Part shown: positions 41,767 to 54,844 of the stretch, one piece after another
Numbering within the stretch: position 1 is the first letter of the stretch
Layout: the number at the start of each line of letters is the position of its first letter
Assembly (NCBI RefSeq): GCF_006345805.1
Contig: NC_043005.1
Span: 18,538,001 to 18,602,000, forward strand
Source: Octopus sinensis
Taxonomy: Eukaryota
Direction: 5' to 3'
Length of the DNA stretch: 64,000 nucleotides
Program-made: the position numbers and the translations under genes
Notes under the pieces: generated by a model
What the model was told of the DNA's origin: nothing
Database searches by the model: none
The model's input: the letters and a program-made list of their open reading frames with translations, nothing else

Positions 41767-41772
<6 letters not shown>
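41088..41772 (-). mobile_element. Non-autonomous PLE-derived element (473-nt permuted unit plus 5' fold-back)
   Basis: 31-nt direct repeat at 41088 and 41561; mini-ORF 41143-41361 with SLKDIPIPPKDAFLKELVCKTNAFINRF (PLE N-terminus-like); HHR; palindrome centred at 41589/41590; (TA)n on both flanks. Confidence 0.75.
41146..41232 (-). ncRNA. Hammerhead ribozyme with intact core
   Basis: Minus strand: tttcttc CTGAAGA gaaagacacaat (29-nt loop) attgtgcctttc GAAAC acgt GTA gaatgaaa. Stem II has 11 of 12 bp paired; ACACGTGT palindrome. Confidence 0.8.
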
Positions 41773-41801
<29 letters not shown>

Positions 41802-41973
41802 TCATAAAATATAGGATAGCGAAATTGTAGTAATTTTACTAACAGTGGCCTAGCATGTATAAAAAGTCAATAGACGAACATATATTCCATATAAAATTTG
41901 TCTACATTTAAACACAAAAGAGGCGACCCTTAATAGGCAACCTTACGTGCGAGAAGTAGCAGTCAAAACGTAG

Positions 41974-42040
41974 CCACTAATAGGAACTTCGCCTAGCAAA
42001 TTATTTTATTTGCTAATTTGAGTTCGAAACCTGGGTATGG
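41974..42040 (+). ncRNA. Inactivated hammerhead remnant
   Basis: cca CTAATAG gaact..tagcaaat/atttgcta..agttc GAAAC ctgg GTA tgg. Three core substitutions in CUGANGA. Confidence 0.5.
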
Positions 42041-44733
42041 GTGTAAAATAAAAAAAAAAGCAAGGTAAATGTTTTTATTTTTTATTCCCTTCGAAATTGC
42101 TCTTAAATGTGGTTTTGGTCGTTTTGACTGCTACTTCTGCCATGCAAGGCTGCCTGTTAAGGGTCGCCTCTCTTGTGTTTAAATGTACACTAATTATACA
42201 TGAAGGGTCGTTCCTTATGTTTGTTGTGCCCACATGCATATATATATATATATATGTATATGTATCTTTATATGTATATATACGTATAGATGTATTACAT
42301 ATATGTATGTATATATGCATATATATATATATATATATATAAAGTAAGCAACAAGAATATCTTCGGTAATTTGGTACGATCATTTCATGTTACATCATTT
42401 TACTAAACATTGTAAGTATTACAACAGTTTTAAAATGTTCAGCAATCTCCAGCCATTCATAGAGGTTTTCCATCAATACATATACTTATTTTCATGTAAT
42501 CTGGTACATCTGACTTAAGTATCATATTCATTTGAATCGAAATTTTGCTGAACTTATGTATATATATATATACAGTCAATCTATATACATACATACAGAC
42601 AAACATACATGCATACATACGTAAATATATACGGTTAGAGAGGGGTAGAGAGAACAGGTAAACTTGAGATACGCTAGTGTACGTATATGCATGCCATCTT
42701 ACTTGAATACATCCTATAAAGGAGCTGGTTTTACAAAGAAACAATGTCCGATCGGAACAGTTTACTTCGCTTTAACAGCAAGGTGTTTACATGTTTAACT
42801 TACTAATATAGGCAAGTGCACCAATAATTATTTTGAGAAATGCGGTAGGCGAATTTTTGTCTTCGAATCAATTATTTATAGATACATTTTCTTGCTTATT
42901 TTGAAAGAAATGCTTATATCAGCGAAATAGTTAACCTCTACAATGCTTCATACGTTTGCTTAATTATCTTCTGAATAAGTAAGTCACGCTTATAATATCT
43001 GTACTTGGGGGAAGTTTTCATTGGAACGATGCATTGATATTTTTGCATCGATATACATGTTTTCACTCAACAGTGCCTGTATACTTATTTAAGTATTATG
43101 TTTCTTATGGATGTTATTGTATACAGTTAAAGCATTAGAATGTAGTATGTTGAGATAAAATTCAGTAACAGCTGATCACCGACCTAAGATCTTCCACAGA
43201 AATTGATACTGTCGACATTTTTGGTTAGATGTTTGGTATCTGTGTCAGCATTTCTGTCCTTCATGAGATATTTTGTAGTTATCTCACCCTTTTGAAGTTC
43301 AAACGAACAACTTTCCTAAATGACATGATGTAACAAGTACAATTCCAAGAGTTTCAATACCCTTTGTCAATGTTGGCATCGTCCAATGCGGTGAGCTGGA
43401 AGAATCGTTCGCCTGCCGTACAAAATGCTCTGCGGCATTTCGTCCGTCATTAGGTTCTGAATAGAAACTTCGCCGGAGTCAACTTTGCCTTTTATTGTTC
43501 CGAGTTCAATGAAACAAATACCAGTTGAGCACTGGGGGTCAATGTTATCGATGTGTCCTTCCTTCGAAAAACCTATTTCAGTTATGCATTGCTGTGTTTT
43601 TCTTGTAGATCATTCTCGCGGTTTAATAGCCTAGTAGATATAGGATTGCATGAAAGGTCGTCATAAAGAGACGACATCTTGATATATTCACACAGTCCCG
43701 TAATACGTTCTTTTCTTCGCGTTTGAACACTGGTTGACATTTATTTTTACAACTGTTGTTTAGTTTCTCTGACTGAATACCAGCTAATGACACTTAAATA
43801 TTGTCTGGATTGACATTAAGCAACGTTCACCTTTGTTTCTTCTGTGATAAAGTCTGTTAATCTCATTATTTCGTTTTAAGCTTCTAGCATGGTTTTAAGA
43901 AACAAAGTAGATCTAAATCACAACGTTATACATAATTCCGTTCGTATATCAACTGAAAATGTTGCTACTAATCCCAGCTGTTTCTCAGCGTTGTGAAGTT
44001 TTCCAATATTGATCTTCAGACTGTCCACAATAAAATTATAAATTACATTGATGTCTTTTGCCGACAAATAACTAAAAGAAGAGCCACTAGAGAATTGTTA
44101 AGGAAATAACAGTGGATTAACTCCAAAACAAACAGTAGCACAAAGAGAATATCTCTATGGAATATTCCTTTCGAACGATTTATAGCATCGAAGATAACCG
44201 TTTTTCCCTAAGAATTACGAAGAATATTGATCAGGTTTCTGATAATTTTTCAATTGCGGTTACTTGGGCAGCAGGTACTTTTGACAAGTGCAGTCTACCC
44301 AGTAAAAATAACTAATCATTCTACACTGAAACGGCGCTCGTTACGTAAATACATAAGTCTCTCTGCCTCCCTTAGTGTCCATTTATATGAACTTACGTAT
44401 AAAAATATATATATATGTGTGTATAACTAAGTGTACTTATATATAAATGTGGTGTGTGTGTGTGTGTGTGTGTATGTATTAGTTTAAAACCTGACAGTCT
44501 ACTCAGAGCTGTATCCGATTCGGGGTAGGTTAATGGGCTTCCGCTTATATAAGGTTGGTCGATATGTCTGTGTGAGTGGTAAAAATTTAATGCAAGATAT
44601 AAAATGCTGTGTTACGGTAGGTTTACATACGTACGCGTGCATGCACACGTATACGCACATATGCTAGAGCAAACACTCACACGCATGTATCTATATATAT
44701 ATGTATATATATATATGTATATATATATATATA

Positions 44734-44779
<46 letters not shown>

Positions 44780-44985
44780 TTGTGAGAGGTAATAGTTTCA
44801 GTGAGACCCAAAGGTGTCAGGTAATGCTGAATAAGTGCTATGGATAGATCACAGTTAATTTCCAGGTTTGGTGATTATACAATAAGGGGTCCAAATTAGG
44901 TCATATATCACCGTGTTTATATATATTTCGTAATGAGATAAAAAAATCAAGGCTAGGAAGATATTAGAACATTTATGGATATAAT

Positions 44986-45033
44986 GTCTTACAACTGTCT
45001 CTAGGATATTTGTTATATCCTTTCATCGGAGAC
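44986..45033 (-). ncRNA. Degenerate hammerhead, left arm of inverted pair
   Basis: Minus strand: gtct CCGATGA a aggatat aacaa atatcct a GAGAC agtt GTA agac. Confidence 0.55.
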
Positions 45034-45135
45034 GGTGTGAGTAGATATACAGAGATATCTATTTTCATTCCTCCACCTCATTTTCTATTTCGTATCTTAT
45101 CTAAATTAACTGCTGCTTAACCACCCTCTCACACC

Positions 45136-45182
45136 GTCTCTGATGAAGGGATATAATAAATATCCTGGAACAGCTGTAAGAC
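45136..45182 (+). ncRNA. Degenerate hammerhead, right arm of inverted pair
   Basis: gtct CTGATGA agggatat aataa atatcct GGAAC agct GTA agac. GAAA core is damaged. Confidence 0.6.
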
Positions 45183-45241
45183 CTTTCTATAAATATTCCA
45201 AAATCTACACTGCCTTGGTTTTTATCTCATTATGAAAAATA

Positions 45242-45283
<42 letters not shown>

Positions 45284-45623
45284 AGTATGAGAAGTACACG
45301 TAAGCCTATTCTATCGTAATACAACAGTATTACAAAAGCCTTAGAGTGCCTTTAGTAAATTAGAAGAGGTACACCAAGGGAAGATGAAAGAGACTAAATC
45401 GGCTTCGATCCTGCTAAGCCGATTTAGCCTCTTTCATCTTCTCTCTCTCTCTATATATATATATATACACTCTCTCTTCCTCTTTCTCCCCAGGCTGTAC
45501 AAAGAGAAGTACTGGGGTTGAGTTGTTCGATTAAATTCCTCCCGGTGATCCCCCAGTAAGGCTGTAGTCTAGTACCTGAAACAAGTAAAAGAAAAGTTAA
45601 AATCTGTATGTGTATGTATCTTG

Positions 45624-45666
<43 letters not shown>

Positions 45667-46122
45667 CTTGTGTCGGTGAGTGTGTGTGTGTGTCTTCTGT
45701 CAGTGTTTGGGGCCCTATCTCCGACTGATAGGAACCGATAAAATATGTACTACGCTTTCGTCATAGTTACACTGCATGAATGAGAAAATCAGGAAAAATT
45801 CTATATAATCGCATGCCAGAAAAACCCACTCAACTTTAAATGCAGATTCGGAAAGAAGAAATGATATATTAGATAATGTCGGACTAGATGCCTCTAGCTA
45901 GACTTCATAGTCAGAGGTGGAATACGTTTGATCGCATGACGCTTCTTTCAGGTAAAACATATTACAAAGTATCACAGAATACTCTTTGAAGTTCGATCTC
46001 AAAAACGAAACTTCACTGAGATACCGAGACGCTTCTGTTAGGAACTGCGAACAACAGAATGGATCAAGAACTTGAAAGACCATTCTGTAAATTATTTTCC
46101 AATATAAAATCAATAGCTGCCA

Positions 46123-46165
<43 letters not shown>

Positions 46166-46471
46166 TACATACATACATACATACATACATACATACATAC
46201 ATACACATATATATATATACACATATGTATTATACTGCAAGGTAACCAATGCAAAATAGCTGATAGAAATGAAAATATATAAGACGAGGTTCTAACAAAA
46301 TGAAAAACAAAAGTTTTTATTTTATTAACTTTCTCAATGGACACATGAATAATACTCTATACATATACACGCACACATAGTCACACATACATACACACAC
46401 ACACACACATACACACTTACACAATTACACACACACACATGTATATACATATATACATACAAGTTTATGAC

Positions 46472-46506
<35 letters not shown>

Positions 46507-46994
46507 TACAAATGCAGATACACCTAAACAGGCTTGCCTCATACATACGCACAAACACGCACATACACGCACAGTCACACATACGCACACATATATATTC
46601 AATATGCTTTTGTGAAGTCTCTGCGTTTCCAAGATTTAAGATAAGTCACATTAACTACACTTTGTGTGGGAGTATGTGCTTATGTTTTCCTGTGCAAATG
46701 TGCACTTGCAAAGTGTTATTGTCCGTCTATGTGCATGTGTGTCTCTCTTAGATTTTATCGCTCGTTGTAATACACAAATACATAAAAACACTGGCAGTCT
46801 CTCTCACACACACACACACGCACACGCACGCACACACACACACACATATATGCACATGCTTATACATGTTTTTGGGACGGTGTGTATGTGTGTCTGTCTG
46901 TGTTTCAATATTTGTTTTTATCCATATCCATTCTGTTTTATGGAATAAAACCAGAATCATATAGCGATTGATATTGCCAACAAATTATATACCG

Positions 46995-47027
<33 letters not shown>

Positions 47028-47144
47028 GGTCTGTGTGTGTGTGTGTGTGTGTGTACACACATGTCCATATATGCATATATATATATATATATATATATTA
47101 TACATATATACATATATATGCATATATAATATGTGCTTGTATTT

Positions 47145-47187
<43 letters not shown>

Positions 47188-47301
47188 TTAAAATTTATAT
47201 ATTTGAATATGCATACAGTATACTATATAGATGCATAACAAAGAAATAGGTTTGTGTGTGTGTATATATATATATATACGTGCAAATATATATACATACG
47301 T

Positions 47302-47338
<37 letters not shown>

Positions 47339-47848
47339 GTTATGTATCAATATATGTATGCATATATATGAATGTATATCTATATACACATATATATATA
47401 TATAGATATATATGTGTGTATGTGCAGATATGTTCAGGCATATGTCCATGTGTACGTTACTGTGTGGGCATTGATTGAAAAAAATACTATTCCTCCATAA
47501 CAGAAAATAAAACATGGTGTTGAACTAAGAATGATATTGTTCCTAAAGAGTGAAAAAGAAAAGAATATCGAAAAGAAAAAAGAAAGAACGCGAAAGGAAA
47601 ATAAAGAAGAAATATAAAGGAAGGATTATCGAAGAACATGGACAAATACATATCACTGAAGACACGAGGATTTCAAATTCTTACTCTTTGTCAGAAAATA
47701 TTGATGAGAATCTGTCACATTGTGTACAGACAATTGATTCTGGCAGATATAAGAATGGTGCAGTCACAATCTTGATTTTGTAGTATTTGTTATTGTCATC
47801 ATCGCCATCACCATGATCACCATCATCATCATCAACATCATCAACATC

Positions 47849-47907
<59 letters not shown>

Positions 47908-47908
47908 A

Positions 47909-47939
<31 letters not shown>

Positions 47940-48699
47940 ACAGCATCATCATCATCATCATCATCATCATCAGCATCAAGCGGCAGCAGCAGCAGCAGCA
48001 GCAGCAGCAACATCAGCAATATCGCTACTTTTCCATGTTTATTTATTCATTCTTATATATTCGTTTTGTTATTCTTTTCCTTCTGAAATTGATTCTGTTT
48101 TTTGAGAAAAGAATAAATAAATAGATAAATAAATAGATAAATAAATAAATACATAAATAAATAAATAAATGAAAGCGTTTCGTTGCGTGTAAACAAAGCG
48201 AAATCCAGAATAGAAGGGAGACTGAAGATGCTGTGTCCTGAGATATTGCAAAAATATATATTATCGCACATCTTTCTCACTTTGAGTTTGTTTGCGTCTT
48301 TGTCTGACGCCATGATTGGTACAGTTCATCCATGGACAATGGTTTTCATACTTACATTCACACACACACAAACCCACATGTTTATATATATTAGAAGAAA
48401 TAGCTAACGTTCTTTGGCTGCTATTTCTAAACTTCGGTATGCGGTAAAGCAAATCTTTGCTGAACCCCTAATTATTAAGTATTACTTAAGTTTACCATGA
48501 AATGGTCATTTTTTCATGCCGAATTCTCCTGGGTGAAATTGTTGGTTACTTCTTAATTAATTAATGTTACCTTTCTTATTCTTATATATATAATATATAT
48601 ATATATAGATATATATATATATATTATATATATATATATATATATAGATATATTATATAATTATATATATATAATATATATATATATAATATATATATC

Positions 48700-48747
<48 letters not shown>

Positions 48748-48984
48748 ACATATGGCTGTGTGGTAAGTTGCTTGTTTACCAGCCACATGGTTCCGAGTTC
48801 AGTCCCACTGCGCGGCACCTTGGGCAAGTGTTTCTACTAAGCCTCGGACCGACCAAGCTTTGTGAGTGGGATTTGGTAGACGGAAACTGAAAAAAGCCGT
48901 CGTATATATATGTATATATATATATATGCCGTGTGTGCGTTTGTGTGGCTGTGTTTGTTCCTCTAGCATTGCTTGACAACGATG

Positions 48985-49084
48985 NNNNNNNNNNNNNNNN
49001 NNNNNNNNNNNNNNNNNNNNNNNNNNNNNNNNNNNNNNNNNNNNNNNNNNNNNNNNNNNNNNNNNNNNNNNNNNNNNNNNNNNN
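48985..49084. other. Assembly gap (100 N)
   Basis: Run of n truncating a SINE-B copy. Confidence 1.
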
Positions 49085-49689
49085 AATTTCTAAGATCATT
49101 TCAAACAACATTGTCTTATTGTATAAAGTTAAAATTTAAGGTAATCAAGAAGATTATTAAAAACGAAATTTTAACAAAAGGATAAAACTTATTTGAATAT
49201 TTTGATAAAACGTCTTTGAATAATTTTGAGTATATATACCAATATTTTACCACAATAGAGGGAGGAAAAGAAAATTGCAAAGAAATAGTTTAATATTTAT
49301 TTACTTATAACTTATCTAAATAATAACATATGGTTTCTACGGAGGTTGATCAATTGGATTTAACTAATAAATCTTGATTTTTATGACTATACCAAATATG
49401 ATGTCTGCTCCCTCAGCCCTACCCCTAACAGATTCTGCCCTCTGTTCCCTCATCCTTAGATATACAAGGATTCGGTAAACTAGTCTATAAATTAAAAGTG
49501 ACCCCATAAAAAAAAAATCAGTGACATGCAGAGTCTGTAACAATGTATATTTTCTTGATAACTTATTAACTTCTATGCTGGAGTGGAGACAGCATGTTTT
49601 TTTGTCGATCTTCTTAACTTCTTGGAGATTTTAGGTATAATTGTACTAATGTGTCCAGCTGTTCTAATTTAATTAAATTCCATGTCTTT

Positions 49690-49778
49690 GTACAGCTGAG
49701 GATGACCCTGCATTTTAAATTGATGTCATGATTGCAATGTTCAATTAAATGGAGTTGCATGAAACGATCGTACTGCAT
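49690..49778 (+). ncRNA. Hammerhead motif with intact core, sense to the SLC6 intron
   Basis: gtacag CTGAGGA ...cattttaaattga/tcaattaaatg... t GAAAC gatc GTA ctgcat. ACGATCGT palindrome. Confidence 0.65.
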
Positions 49779-49825
49779 TACCTCTGGATATCCTGTTGCT
49801 TATTTTGATTATATATATATATATG

Positions 49826-49873
<48 letters not shown>

Positions 49874-49896
49874 TATATATATATTATATTATATAT

Positions 49897-49961
<65 letters not shown>

Positions 49962-50403
49962 CTTACTCTAACCAGTCATCTTCAAAAGCAACAATAGTCT
50001 GAGCCTCTAAGACTCTATAACTTTATAATTTTATATCACATTTATCGCTCACCTACGCAATAAATATTATATCATTTTACAGGTCAAACTCTTAATTAGA
50101 ATAACCAAGGAAATGGTCTGTCAATGACTCCGTGCAGTTGTGAAGTTAAGACCGTACGCTGAGTGTGATTATTGAATTGAAATCTTTATGTTATTCAATT
50201 AATATCATATCTTACCACTATAAATTGATGCCGTCTATAAACGTACTGAATTGCTACTGTGGAGACATCATCAGGACGCTTCTGTGTTCCAGAAAACTTG
50301 TCTCATTAAAAGTTGTAATATCGATTGGTTAACTACATTTTTTCCCTTCACAGGCGGACTTCTAAAATCACAACTAAGACCTTTTGACTTGTAATGATAT
50401 AAA

Positions 50404-50805
<402 letters not shown>

Positions 50806-50819
50806 TATCTAATTTGCAG

Positions 50820-50934
50820 AGAACGCCAGCGAATTGTACGGCAACGTAATCGGCAGCTGGACTGGGAATATAACGGACTTGAAGCAGACGTTAAACATGA
50901 CAAATCTAAAAAGCCCAAGTGAAGAATATTTCTA
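50820..50934 (+). CDS. SLC6 transporter exon (second half of EL2); absent from the ORF track
   Basis: aatttgcag|AG acceptor and TTCTA|gtaagt donor; 115 nt, phase 1 to 2. Encodes KNASELYGNVIGSWTGNITDLKQTLNMTNLKSPSEEYF(Y). The SPSEEYF motif and the splice phases bridge the flanking exons exactly. Confidence 0.88.
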
Positions 50935-50991
50935 GTAAGTATTTTGCTAGACAGAGAGAAAGAGAGAATGAGAAAAAGAAGGAAGAGTGTG

Positions 50992-51063
<72 letters not shown>

Positions 51064-52188
51064 GCTCCTTACATACCAATACATCGTTACAAATGTAGTT
51101 ATGTTTGCGACAAAGCTAAGACTGTCAAAGCAGATCAGGAAGATTCAAAACTATAATTGTTATTCGTGGTCTTCTGTCTTGTTTATCGAAGCTGCAGATT
51201 GAGCAAAACAAAACGTCATGGCTATTATGGTGCGGAACTTAAGATCAGTCGGTGCTTCACTGAAGATTATAGCAGGACCAGATTCCACACTTTCCTCGTT
51301 TAAGCTAGTAAGCATTTCTGCTTCCATTTTGTTTGTATAAATGAAAGAAGAAAATACTTTCTCATTTTATTTACGTTTTACTCTTTTCCTTCGAGTATAT
51401 TACTCTTTTACTCTTTTACTTGTTTCAGTCATTTGACTGCGGTCATGCTGGAGCACCGCCTTTAGTCGAGCAAATCGACCCCGGGACTTATTCTTTGTAA
51501 GCCCAGTACTTATTCTATCGGTCTCTTTTGCCGAACCGCTAAGTGACGGGGACGTAAACACACCAGCATCGGTTGTCAAGCAATGCTAGGGGGACAAACA
51601 CAGACACACAAACACACACACGCATACATATATATATATATATACATATATGCGATCGGCTTCTTTCAGTTTCTGTCTACCAAATCCACTCACAAGGCAT
51701 TGGTCGGCCCGGGGCTATAGCAGAAGACACTTGCCCAAGATGCCACGCAGTGGGACTGAACTCGGATCCATGTGGTTGGTTAGCAAGCTACTTACCGCAC
51801 AGCCACTCCTGCGCCTATGAGGCAATTGTATAATAAGCTTTGTTGTTAGTTGGTTTCAAACGGACTGGTTTCTATTCCACTGCATTCCCAGTGGCCACAG
51901 AAACAAAAACATGCCGACGATGCTTGTGATATATATTTCTTTACTACCCACACGGGGCTAAACATAGAAGGAACAAACAAGGACAGACAGACGGATTAAG
52001 TCGATTACATCGACCCCAGTGCGAAACTAGTACTTTATTTGTCGACCCCGAAAGGATGAAAGGCAAAGTCGACCTCGGCGGAATTTGAACTCAGAACGTA
52101 ACGACAGACGAAATACCGCTAAGCATTTCGTCCGGGGCGCTAACGTTTCTGCCAGCTCGCTGCTGTGATATATATATATATATATGTG

Positions 52189-52226
<38 letters not shown>

Positions 52227-52674
52227 CGTGTGTGTGTGTGTGTGTCTGTGTTTGTGTGTCTGTGTGTGTGTGTATAGATAGGGGCAGGACTAGCTGTGCG
52301 GCAAAAAGTTTCCTTCCCAGCCACAATGTTCCGGGTTCAGCCCTTCTGCATGGCATCTTCGACAGGTAAGTGGATTTGGTAGACGGATACCGAAAGAAGC
52401 CCGTTGTATGTGTGTATATGTGTGTATGTGTTAGTGAGTTTGTGTTTGTCTCTCGCCATCGTTTAACACCGATGTTGGTGTGTTTACACCCCAGTAACTT
52501 AGCGGTTCGGCAAAATAGATTGCTTGCATTAGTAATAGGCTTACAAACTTTAAGTCCTATGGTCGATTTGTTCGACTAAAGGCCGTGCTCCAGCATGGCC
52601 GCAGTCAAATGACTGAAAGAAGTAAAAGAATAAAAGTATACATATATATGTGTGCACGTGTGTATATGATATAC

Positions 52675-52742
<68 letters not shown>

Positions 52743-52761
52743 TATAATAATATATATATAG

Positions 52762-53090
52762 TTAAGTATAGGAAAGAATGGAGCTGAACGAAGATTTAAC
52801 AAGTTCCTTTATTTTATTTTCGACTTATGTTTCGAAACATATGTCGACATATGTTTCGATATATATGTCGAAAATAAAATAAAGGAACCTTGTTAAATCT
52901 TCGTTCAGCTCCATTCTTTCCTATACTTAATATATTAAACTAAACTTCAAATTTCCGCACTAAGGCACGGATTTTATGCCCTATGGTCGTAACTTCAACC
53001 GTGCTTTTTCTGTTGTGAGTTTGCTACCCAGGTATCGGTTATCTTTCGAATTATCCGTAATAAGATAATTCATCTGTCTACTTATATATA
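52762..53090 (+). mobile_element. Diverged relative of the 41 kb element, 5'-truncated with nested palindrome
   Basis: 52858-53090 aligns by eye to the 41 kb element (ttcagctccatt, ccgcac..gcacgg, caaccgtgct, ggtatcggtt, ttcatc). Arms of 84 and 85 bp; (TA)n on both flanks. Confidence 0.7.
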
Positions 53091-53913
53091 TATATATATG
53101 TATATATATGAGTGAGCCTGGTATACGTTTGTGTGTGTTGTGTGTGTATATGTATATATGTATAAATATATATGAGTGTGTCTGGTATATGTTTGTATGT
53201 GTGTGTGAGTGTTTGTGTGTGTCTTTGCGTGTACACACCTTCTCCTCGACTTACGACCGTGTTCCTTTCCTACTGAGAGATCGTAAGTCGATCTGGTCGT
53301 ATGTCGGATTTATATTCGTCAACACTCTTTTCATTCAAACGCAACTGATTCTGAGTGAGAGACACTGGCAGGCAGTGGATGCCTGCGCTTGAGGGAAGCC
53401 TGTGTTGCCAGATGCTGCCGGTCATTTGAATCTGGCCTTGCTGGGGCACCAACCTATGCATATAAACAAACATTAAAGGTTCGTTTCCCAACCACATTGC
53501 TACGGATTTAGTTCCACTGCGTGGCATCTCTCGCGGGTGTGTTCTACAATTCACGGGCCAAACAAAGACTTCTAAATGGATTTGATAGACGGAAACTGAA
53601 AGAAACCTCTCGTCCATTGACCGTTGTATGTGTGCGTGAGTGCGTGTGTGCGTGTGCATAAGGGTGCGTCTACATTTGTATATATATATATATATATATA
53701 TATACACGCGTATATATATATCTATATATGTATACATGTATGTATGTATATAGCGCAAACGTGGTTACGTGGTAAGTAGCTTGCTTCCCAGCCAGATGGT
53801 TCCGGGTTCAATTACACCGTGGGGGACCTTGAGCAAATGTCTTATACTATAGCCACAGGCCGACCAAACCTTTCTGAGTGGATTTGGTAGATGGAAACTG
53901 AAAGAAGTCCGGC

Positions 53914-53945
<32 letters not shown>

Positions 53946-54373
53946 CTTTAACCATCCATTACCACTTGACAACCGGTGTTGGTGTGTTACGTCCCCGTAA
54001 CTTGGTGGTTCGGCAAAAGTGACCTAAAGAATAAGTACTATGCTTTAAAAAAATAGTCCTGATGTCAATTTGTTAGACAAAAACCATTTAAGGTGGTGCT
54101 CCAGCATGGCTGCAGTCAAATGACTGAAACACGTAAAAGAGTAGTGTGTAAGTGCGTGTACGTACGTTTTGTTTGTATTTGTCTTCTCGCGACCACTTGA
54201 GAACCAGTGTTAGTTTGTTTACCTCCCCATCACTTAGTGGTTTGACAAAAATGACTGATAGAATAAACACTAGTGTCGATTTGTTCGACAAAGCCGTTGT
54301 CCAATGTCCGAAACAAACAAAAGAGCAAAAGTTATAAATAGGTATTTAAAGGTATTTTTTTGTTGTATTTCAG

Positions 54374-54506
54374 CACCCGTGTATTAAGCATGAGTTCGGG
54401 TGTGCATCATTATGGAACAATACAATGGGAATTAGCTCTGTGTCTGCTGCTGTCTTGGATGGTAATATTCTTTGTTCTGATTCGCGGAATAAAAAGCCTT
54501 GGAAAG
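54374..54506 (+). CDS. SLC6 transporter exon (end of EL2 and TM4); amino-acid (GlyT/PROT/ATB0+-like) subfamily likely
   Basis: tatttcag|C acceptor and GGAAAG|gtaaga donor; 133 nt, phase 2 to 0. Encodes (Y)TRVLSMSSGVHHYGTIQWELALCLLLSWMVIFFVLIRGIKSLGK. Confidence 0.92.
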
Positions 54507-54844
54507 GTAAGAAAAATGTCAAGTCATTCAATAATGCTATTTCTCGTTTGATATATTTTAAAATACAAGTTTGATTTACGTCTCAGACAAATCTCGCAAA
54601 TCTTATCTTAGTTTTTCTTTTTTTGTGGGGGAATTAGTGATAATAGGGTTAATAACGACAAGAACAACAACAACAACAAACATAAGAAGAAGAAGAAGAA
54701 AAAGAAGAAGAAGAAGGAGGAGGAGGAGGAGGAGGAGAAGAAGAAGAAGAAGAAGAAGAAGGAGGAGGAGGAGGAGGAGGAGAAGAAGAAGAAGAAGAAG
54801 AAGAAGAAGAAGAAGAAGAAGAAAAAGAAGAAGAAGAAGAAGAT

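Noticed and set aside
43970-44023. Minus-strand CTGAAGA...GAAAC agct GGG
   Set aside because: The cleavage triplet is not NUH and stem I is weak; may be a remnant but is not supportable.
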